Assembly: GCF_030144855.1 (NCBI RefSeq)
Contig: NW_026781503.1
Location: 124,001 to 188,000 of the forward strand
Direction: 5' to 3'
DNA: 64,000 nucleotides
DNA from: Hypanus sabinus
Taxonomy: Eukaryota
A model generated the notes under the pieces. That model was not told the DNA's origin. It made no database searches and saw only the letters and a program-made list of their open reading frames with translations. Of this stretch, positions 1 through 11,700 are shown one piece after another. Within the stretch, counting starts at the first letter, position 1. Every line of letters begins with the position of its first letter. The position numbers and the translations under genes were made by a program.

Positions 1-85
1 CCTGCCTGTTGATAGCGGCTCCCTGACGCCCGCTAATTATGTACAGTATCCCGGAAATCGACGAGAGAGAAAGAGAGATGGGGGA

Positions 86-255
86 NNNNNNNNNNNNNNN
101 NNNNNNNNNNNNNNNNNNNNNNNNNNNNNNNNNNNNNNNNNNNNNNNNNNNNNNNNNNNNNNNNNNNNNNNNNNNNNNNNNNNNNNNNNNNNNNNNNNNN
201 NNNNNNNNNNNNNNNNNNNNNNNNNNNNNNNNNNNNNNNNNNNNNNNNNNNNNNN
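86..255. other. Assembly gap (N run)
   Basis: 170 consecutive N. Confidence 0.99.
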
Positions 256-575
256 ACCAAGAAAATACAAAACGTACTTCACCCCATACACTGAAGTGTT
301 CCTCTGCCTACTAGAGGTCAAAAATACTGACAGTGTTGCTCGCTGCACTGTCTGCAACCGTGACTTTTCTATTGCCCATGGTGGGTTAAATCACTGCTGA
401 AGTGAGTTTAACAGGTGTCATTCCTTCATCAGCACAGCTAACGTTATTTAAATTAACTGGCTAGCTGCGAAGGAGCTACTGTATTGCAGACATCCCAGCT
501 TTCCCGGAAGTACCGGGAGTCTCCTGCAAATTGATGGCGCTACCTCCCTGAAATGTATTTTTGCAGGGTGGGATT
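256..575 (+). mobile_element. DNA transposon remnant, hAT-like, with BED-finger-like coding fragment
   Basis: ~310-390 translates to CLLEVKNTDSVARCTVCNRDFSIAHGGLN (CxxC...FSIxHGG, typical of transposase N-terminal Zn fingers); GC-rich subterminal-like sequence at 500-575. Confidence 0.5.
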
Positions 576-949
576 AATTGAATTCAACGAGTCCTTCAGT
601 CCTTCTCCTCTGTTTATTTTATCCAAGGCGTCGCTCCCTCCTTGGCCCCGTTTCAACCCGGCCGAACGGGATGTCCTTCAGTCACCACATCTCTCCCTTT
701 TCATCAACAAAATTAACGATGCTGACGGCCGTTTTCAATCGACGTCTCACCTCCTCCCTTCCCGGCGCTCACTTTCAACAAGACATCACAACCGGAAACT
801 GCCCCGTCAGACAGTTTAAACGAAGGAGCGGCCATTTTATGTCAGAGCAATAGATCATTTTACATCGACCCATTACTCCGTCTCTCTTCTCAATGTGCCA
901 CTGACTCCATTTCGGCCATTTTACCCGGTGCGACTCTCCCACTCTGTTG

Positions 950-2715
950 TCTGTCCATCACTCTCTCCCCGTCGGCCATTGTAACAAAGGAATCAGGGAC
1001 TATTTTAGATCTGGCCGCCACTCTCTCTGACTTGTCACCTTGTGGCGTCCATTTTCTCTCGGTGCATCCCTCCCTCCCTCCCTCCCTCCGTGGAAACCAT
1101 TTTCAAAGCGCGCCTCACTCCCTCCCTATTGACAATGCTATATTGGGGCGTCACTCTCTCCCTGGTATTAATTTTATATTCTGGTTTTAATCCAGAATCC
1201 AATATTTAATCAGCACACAACTTTCCCCGCCCCCCCGTGATAATTTTCAGTCGGTGCACAATCCCCACTCTGTTAGTCATTTTAACTCCGCCTGTCACTC
1301 CCACTCTCTTGTCGGTGTATCACTCTCTCCCTGCCGGTCACAAGAAACAAGGTGACAACGGCCATCTTAATTCCTCCCATCGCCCCTCCGTGGCGCCCAT
1401 TGTCACTCAGCCCATCACTTTCTCCCCCGAGACCATTTTCAGTCAACCTTTCACTCCCTCCCCAGTGACCATTCTAAATCCTTCTGTCGCTCCTTCCCAT
1501 GTCACCATTTTCCATCAGGAGCCCCTCGCAGGACTGACACTCTCGACCACCGTCCACTCGATTGCGCAGACTGTTTATCACAAATAATAAATATATCGCA
1601 AACAATAGAGGCCGATCCGACATCCTCATCTCCGGATCCTGTGCGTCATCACTCCAAGTGTCGTGGAGAGATTAGGATACAGACACCAGGAAACGTGTGC
1701 GGTAATATTGCCGGTGTCGATACAGAGACCCGACACCGTGCGCGGTAAAAACTCTCGGTGTGGAGACAGAGATCGTAAACCGTACCTGGCAAAATTCCCT
1801 GTTTGGGACATGGAGACCAGGAACCGTGCCCTGTATAACTTCCGGTCTGTTATGTGGACACCGGGAACCGGGCGCAATGAATCTCCCGGCGTGGGGACAC
1901 GGAAAGGGTAAACCTCTCCCACACGCATCCCACTCCCGCCATCTTCAGGAAGACGTGCCGAAGGTTCTTCAGTCCGATCGTATCCACCGTCTCCGCCAGG
2001 AGATGAGCATCATCAGTGTAACAAAGTCGTCAACATCCACACCACCCTTGACTGTCCGTGTAACTGATAAACCATCGGCGTTCTCGTCAAATTCCATAAA
2101 AGCCGCTCCGAGTTCTGTCACGTACAGAATTCAAGCGTCCCGCTAACTAACAGGATCACATTCCCGTTGGAAATAATCTGAAAGGATCCTATTGGGAGGC
2201 CGATGGTGGGAGTGAATGGGAAGGGCCAGATCCCACTGGGAGACTCCGGACGACAGGAGTGAATGGGAAGCGGTGCAGACGGTGCCAGTAAATGGGAAGG
2301 GACGGGGCTCAGTGGGAGTGAAGAGGAAGGGGTTGGGCCCAATGGAAGTTTGGCAATACAAGCGAATGGGTAGGGGTGCGTCTCGTTAGGAATGCGGATG
2401 GGTGGAGTGAGTGGGAAAGGGTGGTGTCATTGGGAGTACGGATGGTGAGAATGAATGGGAAAGATTGGCATTTGATTGGGATCGCTGTCCGTGTGAGTGG
2501 ACGGGAAGGGACGAGGTCCTGTGAAGAGTGCGGACCGTGGGAGAGGACCCGAAGTGGTGGAGTCCCGCTTTGAAAAATTATCCACAACTTAGATTTCATC
2601 CTGGGCTACTTTTCAACCCTACAAGTCAAATGTGATTGTTAAGTGCTATGGTTATGATTCCCGTCTGTACTCCCCTGCCTGTTTGTGCCACCTCCCACCC
2701 TCTCCTGGTCTGTGC
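950..2715. repeat. Copy A of a ~1.75-kb local direct duplication (paralog of 3776-5490)
   Basis: Collinear blocks, e.g. cccattgtcactcagcccatcactttctcccc at ~1397/~4183, cacaaataataaatatatcgcaaacaatagag at ~1579/~4366, gatttcatcctgggctact at ~2592/~5380. Confidence 0.95.
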
Positions 2716-2763
2716 AAACTGCATCCCTCCCCGTCTCTGTGACCACTTCTACATATATTCATC

Positions 2764-2794
<31 letters not shown>

Positions 2795-2810
2795 TGTGTG
2801 TGTGCGTGTG
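2764..2810. repeat. (GT)n microsatellite
   Basis: Direct reading. Confidence 0.95.
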
Positions 2811-2884
2811 GTTCCCGGTTCCAAGGTGAACACAATGTGAGTCTCCACTCAGTTGATACACTACAGAGGCGTTTTTATTTTCCC

Positions 2885-3400
2885 CGTGTCTGACCCCGGG
2901 TGTGTGTGATGGGACAGTGTGGAGGGAGCATCACTCTGTGTCTGACCCCGGGTGTGTGTGATGGGACAGTGTGGAGGGAGCATCACTCTGTGTCTGACCC
3001 CAGGAGTGTGTGATGGGACGGTGTGGAGGGAGATTCACTCTGTGTCTGACCCCGGGAGTGTGTGATGGGACGTTGTGCAGGGAGCTTCACTCTGTGTCTG
3101 ACCCCGGGAGTGTGTGATGGGTCGGTGTGGAGGGAGCTTCACTCTGTGTCTGACCCCGGGAGTGTGTGATGGGTCGGTGTGGAGGGAGCTTCACTCTGTG
3201 TCTGACCCCGGGAGTGTGTGATGGGTCGGTGTGGAGGGAGCTTCACTCTGTGTCTGACCCCGGGAGTGTGTGATGGGTCGGTGTGGAGGGAGCTTCACTC
3301 TGTGTCTGACCCCGGGAGTGTGTGATGGGTCGGTGTGGAGGGAGCTTCACTCTGTGTCTGACCCCGGGAGTGTGTGATGGGATGCTGTGGAGGGAGATTC
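2885..3400. repeat. 52-bp minisatellite, ~10 units
   Basis: Unit ccccgggagtgtgtgatgggtcggtgtggagggagcttcactctgtgtctga repeated head-to-tail with no spacers. Confidence 0.97.
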
Positions 3401-3723
3401 ATCCCGTGCTAACGCCGGTCTTCCATCCACCATCCCTCTCATACTAGGAACCTCAGTAGACTTACGTCTGATATATCAGTCGATGTAACTGTCTGCGGGG
3501 GGCGGGAGGGGGACAGTTAGCCAGGAAGGGGGTTGGGTGGAGATGAGATCCTGGGCACCCAGACTCCGGCAGTCCGACCTCCCTCAGTCTGGAGCTGAGA
3601 CGCTACTGTGTCAGTGTGAGGAGCTCCGACCCACTGTTGCAGTGCACAGGGTGCGGGGTGGGGGGGGCAGCAGAAACCTCAAATAAAACTCGAGTCCGAC
3701 ACCAGGACAGGAAGTTACAGCGG

Positions 3724-3729
3724 TTTATT
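3724..3729 (-). promoter_or_regulatory. Candidate polyadenylation signal of the NLR gene
   Basis: TTTATT on + (AATAAA on -) about 1.95 kb 3' of the NLR stop codon. Confidence 0.45.
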
Positions 3730-3775
3730 GATTTCATCATGACAAATGTAAATTAAGCAATGTTGGCCATTTGAA

Positions 3776-5490
3776 TTCTGTCCATCACTCTCTCCCTGCA
3801 GGCCATTATAGCAAAGGAATCTAGGACTATTTCAGGTCGGGCAGCCACTCTCTCTGACCTGTCACCTTCTGGAGTCCATTTTCTCACAGTGCAGCCCTCC
3901 CTTCCTCCCTGGTGACGATTTTCAACGTGCGCGTCAATCTCCCCGGGTGATAGTTTTATATTCTGGCTTTAATCCAGAAACCTATTTTTAATCAGCACAT
4001 AACTCCCGATGTCTCCTCCCGGTATGACCCCCGGTGATAATTTTCAGTCCCCACCCTGTCGGTCATTTGAACTCTGCCTGTCACTCCCATTCTCTTGTCA
4101 GTGTATCACTCCCTCCCTGTCAGCCCTGAGAAACGTGGTGACCACGGCAATCTTAATTCCGCCCATTTCCCCCTCCCTGGCGCCCATTGTCACTCAGCCC
4201 ATCACTTTCTCCCCGGAGACCATTTTCAGTCAACCTTTCACTCCCTGTCTAGTGAACATGCTAAATCCTTCTGTCGTTCCCTCCCTATTCACCATTTTCA
4301 ATCAGGAGCCCCTCGCAAGACAAACACTCTCGACCACCCTCCACTCGATTGCGCAGACTGTTTATCACAAATAATAAATATATCGCAAACAATAGAGACC
4401 GATCCGACTTCCTCATCTCCGGATCCTGTGCGTCATCACTCCGAGTGTCGTGGAGAGAGGAGGATACAGACACCAGGAAACGTGTGCGGTAATATTCCCG
4501 GTGTCGATACAGAGACACGACACCGTGTGCGGTAAAACTCTCAGTGTGGAGACAGAGATCGGGAACTGTGCCTGGCAAAACTCCCAGCCACGTTATGAAG
4601 AGCGGGGACCGTGCCAAGTATAACTTCCTGTGTGCTATGTGGACACCGGGAACCGGGCGCGATGAATCACCCGGCCTTGGGACACGGAAACCATAAACCT
4701 CTCTCACATGCTCCACCAACCCCCGCCATCTTCAGGAAGACGTGCCGAAGGTCCTTCAGTCCGATCCTATCCGCCGTCTCCGCCAGGAGGTGAGCATCGT
4801 CAGTGTAACAAAGCCGTCAACATCCACAGCACCCTCGACGTTCCGTGTAACTAATAAATGTCAAATTTTGTAAACTCCGCACCCAGTTCGGTCAAATACT
4901 GAATTCTGGCGTTCTCGCCAATTTCCATAATCCCATTCCCGTTGGAAATAATCGGAATGGAGTCCCACTGGGAGGCAGATAGTGGGGGTGAATGGGAAGG
5001 GCCAGATCCCACTGGGAGATCGGACGACAGGACTGAATGGGAGTGATCAGACAGTGGGGAGTAAATTGGAAGGGGCGAAGCCCACAGGCAGGCAAACAGT
5101 GGGACTGAATGAGAAGGGACGGGGCCCATTGGAAGTATGGACGATGCAAGCGAATGAGTAGGATTGCGTCCCATTAGGAATGCGGATGAGTGGAGTGAAT
5201 GGGAAGGGGTGGTCTCATTGGGAGTGTCGATAGTGACAATGAATGAGAAAGAGTGAAATTTATTTGGGATCACGGTCCGTGTGAGTGGACGGGAACGGAC
5301 GGCGTCCTGTGAGGACTGCGGACCGTGGGAGATGACGGGAAGGGGTGGAGTCCCGTTCTCCAAAATTATCCTCAACTTTGATTTCATCCTGGGCTACTTC
5401 TCGAGCCTAGAACTCAAATTTGATTGTTAACTGCTATGGTTGTGATTCCCATTTGTATCCCCCTGCCCGTTTCTGCCCACTCCCATCCTC
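3776..5490. repeat. Copy B of the ~1.75-kb duplication; probable NLR 3' UTR
   Basis: Collinear with 950-2715; lies between NLR stop (5685) and AATAAA (3724). Confidence 0.9.
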
Positions 5491-5496
5491 TTCCGT

Positions 5497-5663
5497 GTCT
5501 ATCCCCAGGAGTATGTGATGGGACGGTGTGGAGGGAGTTTCACTCTGAGTCTGTCCCCGGGAGTATGTGACAGGATGGTGTGAGGTTGTTTCACACTGTG
5601 CTTGACCCCGGGAATGTGTGATGGGACGGAGTGGAAGGAGCTTCACCCTGTGTCTGACCCTGT
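5497..5663. repeat. 52-bp minisatellite, ~3 degenerate units
   Basis: Same unit as 2885-3400, directly 3' of the NLR stop codon. Confidence 0.9.
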
Positions 5664-5684
5664 GATGTTAACACATTCTGATGT

Positions 5685-5772
5685 TCACAGATGCACGGTC
5701 AATCCAGGTCTGGGTTCCTGCAGAGCTCTCAGTTCGTTCCTCCCTTTCTCTCCAAACTGATTCCCCAGCAAC
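5685..5772 (-). CDS. NLR terminal coding exon
   Basis: Acceptor ccatctgcttcag|G; LLGNQFGEKGRNELRALQEPRPGLTVHL*; TGA at 5687-5685. Confidence 0.88.
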
Positions 5773-8700
5773 CTGAAGCAGATGGAGGAATAAAGATGAA
5801 ATAAACAGTTTTCACAACAGTGTCAGTAACAGGGGACCGGGGTTATTGTTTCAATAGCACTCACAGACAAATATCACCAGGAAATCCACGGATCCGCTGA
5901 CATTTTATCAGATTGAATGTTAACACAAACACTCACTCTATCCGCTGCAGACTCGGGAGGGTCAGTATGAAGCGGCGGAGGGCAGGGACCCATCGGTCTG
6001 TGAGCGAGTTCCATCCCAGGCTCAACTCCCTCAGTGATGGTTTTGTACTGAGAGCAGAGATGAGATCCTCGGCACCAGAATCTGTGAGACCGACACGACT
6101 CAGCCTGGAGAAGAGAGGGAGTGAGGGTGAAGGACACAGAGAGACAGGAGATGGTACAAATCCCCAGTGTTTATCAGTAACACAATTACTGATCACATTA
6201 ATGTTCAGTGTCAGACACCCAGTGACTGTAAACACAACCTCCCACAGCCTGGTACTAACCTCAGTTTCTGTATTTTACACTCCGGGTTCCTCAGAGCCGC
6301 AGACACCAGTTTCACTCCTGAATCTCCGAGTTTATTATCACTCAGGTTCAGCTCCGTCAGTGATGGGTTTGTACTGAGAGCGGTTGCGAGATCGTCGGCT
6401 CCAGAATCTGTGAGACTGACTCCCCCCAACCTGGAGATGAGAGAGAGAGAGAGAGTGAGGGTGAAGGACACAGAGAGACAGCAGACGGTACAAATCCCCA
6501 GTGTTTATCAGTAACACAATTACTGATCACATTAATGTTCAGTGTCAGACACCCAGTGACTGTAAACACAATCTCCCACAGTCTGTACTTACCTCAGTTT
6601 CTGTATTTTACACTCTGTGTTCCTCAGAGCTGCAGACACCAGTTTCACTTCTGAATCTCCCAGTTTATTCCAACCAAGGCTAAACAAAAATAAACAAGTT
6701 GATGAACAAAGTGATTCAAACCGTGGGTTTGGGGGAATTTCTCTCACTCGGATATTTCAGGAAACATTAAACCCTTCAGTAAATCACTGCTCGGAGTTCA
6801 CATCACTGTCAATGTCCCTCACTGCCCAGCTCCAGGGTATTCACCGAATGTCAAGAATTTAGTGTGCCGGTGTGACCCTGTAAACTCAACATATTCTGTC
6901 CAATTTCCCGATGGTTAGAAAACTGTTCCTGATGTGTTAGGGTTGAAGTTTGGGAGGAAGTACCATAGTGAGGAAGATTCGTGAATGAGGATATGTCGAT
7001 CGGAGTCGATAGAAGAGACTCCATCTCTGAATTCCCAGCTCCATAGAAGAGCTGGGAAGACAGAATCAGCAGGACGAAGGGGGATGAGGAGGAGAAGTCC
7101 CACAGGAGGATGCTGATAGGAAAAGATAATCCCACAAGATGGGACGATGCAGAAATTGATTGCACAGGAGGGTTGAGTCTGAACGGAGGCCCACAATCGG
7201 GAGAGGGGATGCACGCATTGGGGACTGGGTATCTGGTGGTGAGCACAGTCGCACAGGTGGACTGATGGTGATAGTCGCACACGGGGAATGGCAGGGGAGT
7301 GCAATCTCACAATGGCATTTCTTTCCTTCTCCCTGGGACGGTCTGCTGACGGTCTCTTGTCCCTCACTGGGAAGGGGGTGTGAATCTCTGACCCACCTGT
7401 TGCAGTCAGTGTTGCTCTGGGTGTCAGTAACAGTGAGAAGGAACATTGTCAATGGACGTGTCACAGGCAGCGGGAAACACAGGCAGCCAGTCCTTTGATT
7501 TAATACAGTTAAACCAATGGCCACTGTTCACTAGGCATTTGTCAGAATTCTTCACAATCTGATTTATTACAGTTTTATCCCAGTTTCTTTACATTGAAAC
7601 AACACAATGGAACAGTTTCACAGTTCAGAGTGAGAGATAAATCAAGTTACCTCAACTCCTGGCACTTGTGCAGCCCGGGTCCCAGCCGTTGGATTCCTTC
7701 GCAATGAATGAGGCAGTTCTCAAGGTCGAGGTGTTTTATTGTATCACAGAGTCTGATGACATGAGACAGGACTGCACAGTCAATCGGGGTCAGTGTCATT
7801 CCACTGAATGAAAGTGTTTCCACAGATCCCAGTGCGGCCTGAGCCAGTCCACTATTCTGAGACTCAAACAGGTAGTGCAATGTGTTCAGAAAGCTCCTTT
7901 TACCAGCATCACTCCATGTGTTTCCAATCTGACGTTTAACCTCCTCCTTCACCCAGTCAATCACCCGGCAGGTTGTTTCATTGGGAAATGGACCCAGAAA
8001 CTCCTCCAGGCCCCGAGCTGTCATTGGGGAGGTGAGACCAGCAAGAAAACGGAGGAATACCTCAAATCGCCCATCTGTTGTGTTGTGGGCTTCAGTGAGG
8101 AATTTCAGGATATCCCCGGGATGTGGATTCAGGAATTGTGCGACTGCAGCTACAAACTCTTGGATGGTGAGGTGTGGGAATGTGTACACCACGCTCCGGG
8201 CAGAATCCTGTCTCTCCAAAAGCTCCATCAGGAACCCGGACAGGAACTGGGAAGGCTGCAGATTGTACTTGATCAAATCTACATCTGTAAACACAATTTT
8301 CCTTCCGGACACTCCTCTGAAGGCCAACTGACCAACCCTGAGTAACACATCACGGGGGTTCTCAATCTCACGGCCGTGGTTTTTCAGGATGTTGTAAATA
8401 TAGTAGGAGTACAGTTGGGTGATAGTCTTGGGAACTTGCTGGAGGTCCCTGACTCTTTGTGTGAAGAAGGGGCCCAGTGCCAGAGCGAGGATCCAGCAGT
8501 AGGAGGGGTTGTAGCTCATGGTGCACAGGATCTCGTTCTCCTTCACATGTTTGACAACAGCTGCCGCCACCATTTTATCTTCAAAATGCCTGATGAAATA
8601 TTTTTTTCCGTTCCTCACCAGAAAATCCCAGGATTTCAGCCCAGACACTGATCTCAGCCTTTTCCAATAAATGTAACGCAGTGGGGCGGGTGGTTACCAG

Positions 8701-11700
8701 CACTGAACACCCTGGGAGCAGCTTGCCCTGGATTAAACTGTACACAATGTCAGACACCTTGCACTTGAATTCAGGATCTGTGCATGTGGGCTGAGGTTCT
8801 GTGTTTCTCCGGCTGTCAGCAAAATCAATTCTGTCATTGAATTCATCCAAACCATCAAATATAAACAGCAATCCCTCTGGGTTCTTCCAGACCTCTCTCA
8901 GAATATTCCCAAAGTAAGGATACTGATCCAGAATCAGTTCCTTCATGTATATTCTGCAGTTAATGGTGTTTAAATCGCGGAATTTGAAACTGAAGACAAA
9001 CTGGAATTGTTGATATATTTTCCCTGTGGCCCAGTCATAAACAATCTTTTGTACCATTGTTGTTTTTCCGATCCCTGGAACGCCGGCCACCGCTGTGGAC
9101 ATCCCAGATTTTTTTTCCATGTTAGGTCTTTTAAATTGTTTAAGAAAACTCCTCTTGAATAACTGATGTATCCGGATTTTTTCCAGCTCTCTGTGGAGAT
9201 GTTTCTCTCTCAATTCTTCGTGGGCTCTGCCTCTTGCTAACAGCTCATGTTCCACCAGTCTCCGATCTCGAACAGTAGAAATGACCGTGAGCTCAACGTA
9301 TCGATCAACCAGCTGGAAAACCTTCACCTTCTCCCTCATCAGGATCGTATTCACTCTCAGTGTTTCAGTTTGTGCCCGCAGAGTCTCCGTGTGTTTCCTT
9401 CGAACATCTTAGGACGGAGAGAAATAGGTTGTCTGATGAACATAGACATTCAACGTATTTTCCCGAATAAAAAAAAAGTTGACAACATTGTTTGGGTGAA
9501 ATCGGGAGATCAGTGATGACAGTGTCTGAAAATGAACTACAGCCCAGAAACATTTCTGATCTGATTGAGATCCATTGTTAAAGGCTCCACTCTCCCCTCT
9601 ATTGGTAGTTTGCAGATTCCCCGGTGTTCCAGCGAGCACCAAGTGCACACGTGATTCTGGAGAGGAGAGTGTTGTGTGGAGCGGGTGGTTTCACTGTGTT
9701 CAGCTCCTGCTGAACTCTGCAACACTGCAGAAGGTAACTGTGAACTCAGGCAATACCCTGTAGGAAACTGACGAAGATGTCATCAGTAATAGACGACTCT
9801 GTAGTCGGGGGACAGATAGGCGATTCTGTGGGCACAGAAAGGCAACACGGATGGTACTTTGGTGCCAGGGTCCGAAATGCCTCTGGACAGACAATATGTT
9901 GAGCAGCCAGATGTCTTTTCACAAATTGGTACATATGACATTGGGAGAAAAAAAGGGAGGAAGTCTGGAAGACAGAACATAGGGAGATACGAATGAAGCT
10001 GAGAAGCTAGAACTCAAATGTGCTTGTCTCAGAATTCTTGCCTGCTTCACACGATAGTAAAGATAGGAATAGAATGAAGTGGCAGTAAATGCGTGGCTGA
10101 AGAATTGTGTCATGGGGCAGTGACTCAGATTTCTAGGATAACTGAGACCAATTCTGGGGCAGGTGGGACCTGTACAAAAGAGACATGTTGTACTTGAATC
10201 CGAGGGGGGCCAATATTCCTGCGGTAAGATTTACTGGAGCTGTTGGGAGTGTTTTAAACTAATATGGCAGGGGGGTATTTAAATGCTCGTAGAATTCAGA
10301 ATAAAGTGGATGAACTCTTGGTGTTGTGGGCATCACTGAGTCGTGGTTGAAAGAAAGCCATAGTTGGGAGCTTAACGTCAAAGAATATACTTTGTGTCAA
10401 AAGGGCAGGCAGGACGACATAGGTGGTAGTGTGGCTCTGCTGGTGGAAGATGTAATTGCATCTTTAAAAAGAGGTAACATGGCGTCAGCGAATGTTGAAT
10501 CTTTGTGGGTGGAGATAAGAAATTGCAATGGTAAAAAAACTGTGGGAATCATATATAAGCTTCCAAATAGTAGCCAAAATGTTGAGATGAGATTGCAAAG
10601 GTAGCTTCAAAAGGCATGTAATAAGGATCATGCCACAGGTGTAATTGGACACTTCAATATGCAAGGGAAGTAGGAAAATCAAGCATACTTAAGGTGTCTG
10701 ATCGCATGAGAGGCAATTTATTGAATTCCCACGAGATAGCTTTGTAGAGCAGCTTGTGCTTGAGACTACTCGGGGAAAGTCTATATTAGACTGGGTGTTG
10801 TGTAATAACCCAGATCTTAACTGGGAGCTTAATGCAAAGGAACCTTAGGAGGCAATGATCATAAAATGATTGGATTCAAATTGCAATTTGAGAGGGAGAA
10901 ATATAACATACATGTACCAGTATCGCAATGTAATAAAACGCATTACAGAAATGGCATATAAGGTAGCAAATGTGAGTGGAAAGTTGGAAGAATGGAAAAC
11001 TTTTAAAATCCAACACCAGGCCACTAAGAAAGCTGTAAGAAGGGAAAACATGAAATATGAGGGCAATCAAGACCATAATATAAAACAGGATAACAAACTT
11101 TGTTTTCAGTTATATAAAGAGTAAAATGGAGGAAAGAGTTCATATTGGACCACTGGAAAATGACGTTGGTAAGATAGAAAAGTTACTGGCACGGATATCG
11201 GAATGACTGACAAGAGATATGGAATGATAGAGACAGCAAGTGAGAATAAAAGTGGCCTTTTCTGGTTGGCTGCCAGTGACTAGCGGTGTTCTGCAGGAGT
11301 CATTATTGCGACCGCTGCTTTTCACATTGTTAGTCAATGCATTAGATGATGAAATTTATAGCTTTGTGGCAAAGTTTGCGAATGATAGAAAGATAGGTGC
11401 AGGAGTAGGTAGTGCTGAGGAAGCTAGGCGATTGCAGCAGGGCGTAGACAAATTGGAAGAATGGGCATAAAGATTGCAGATGGAATACTGTTTTTGGAAA
11501 TGTCCAATAATACATTTTGGTAAAAAGAACAATAGTGCGGACCATTATCTAAATGGGAAGAAGGTCGAAACATCAAAGTTACAGAGGGATTAGCAAGCTT
11601 CCAAAGAGGTTAATTTACGGTCCGAGTCTGCAGCAAAAAAGGCAAATGTAACGTTGTCATATATTTCAAGGGTAAACGAAGGTAATAGCAAGGAGAAAAT

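Noticed and set aside
33-357. ORFs spanning the N run
   Set aside because: Gap artefacts
1237-1587. Paralogous P/S/T-rich ORFs (1237-1587, 4009-4374) ending at the same stop with an overlapping AATAAA
   Set aside because: In the shared 3' ~67 codons I count about 12 amino-acid-changing versus 2 silent codon differences, and the 5' halves are in different frames; openness is explained by the C/T-rich strand
2885-3400. CRISPR-like appearance of the 52-, 57- and 63-bp arrays
   Set aside because: Head-to-tail units with no unique spacers, no cas genes, vertebrate context
4285-5387. Minus-strand ORFs (144 aa, 178 aa), one with a signal-peptide-like stretch LLFAIYLLFVI
   Set aside because: Frames and stops differ between the two copies; no recognisable domain; lies in the probable 3' UTR
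7875-8651. Plus-strand ORFs overlapping the NACHT exon
   Set aside because: Antisense shadows of the NLR coding sequence
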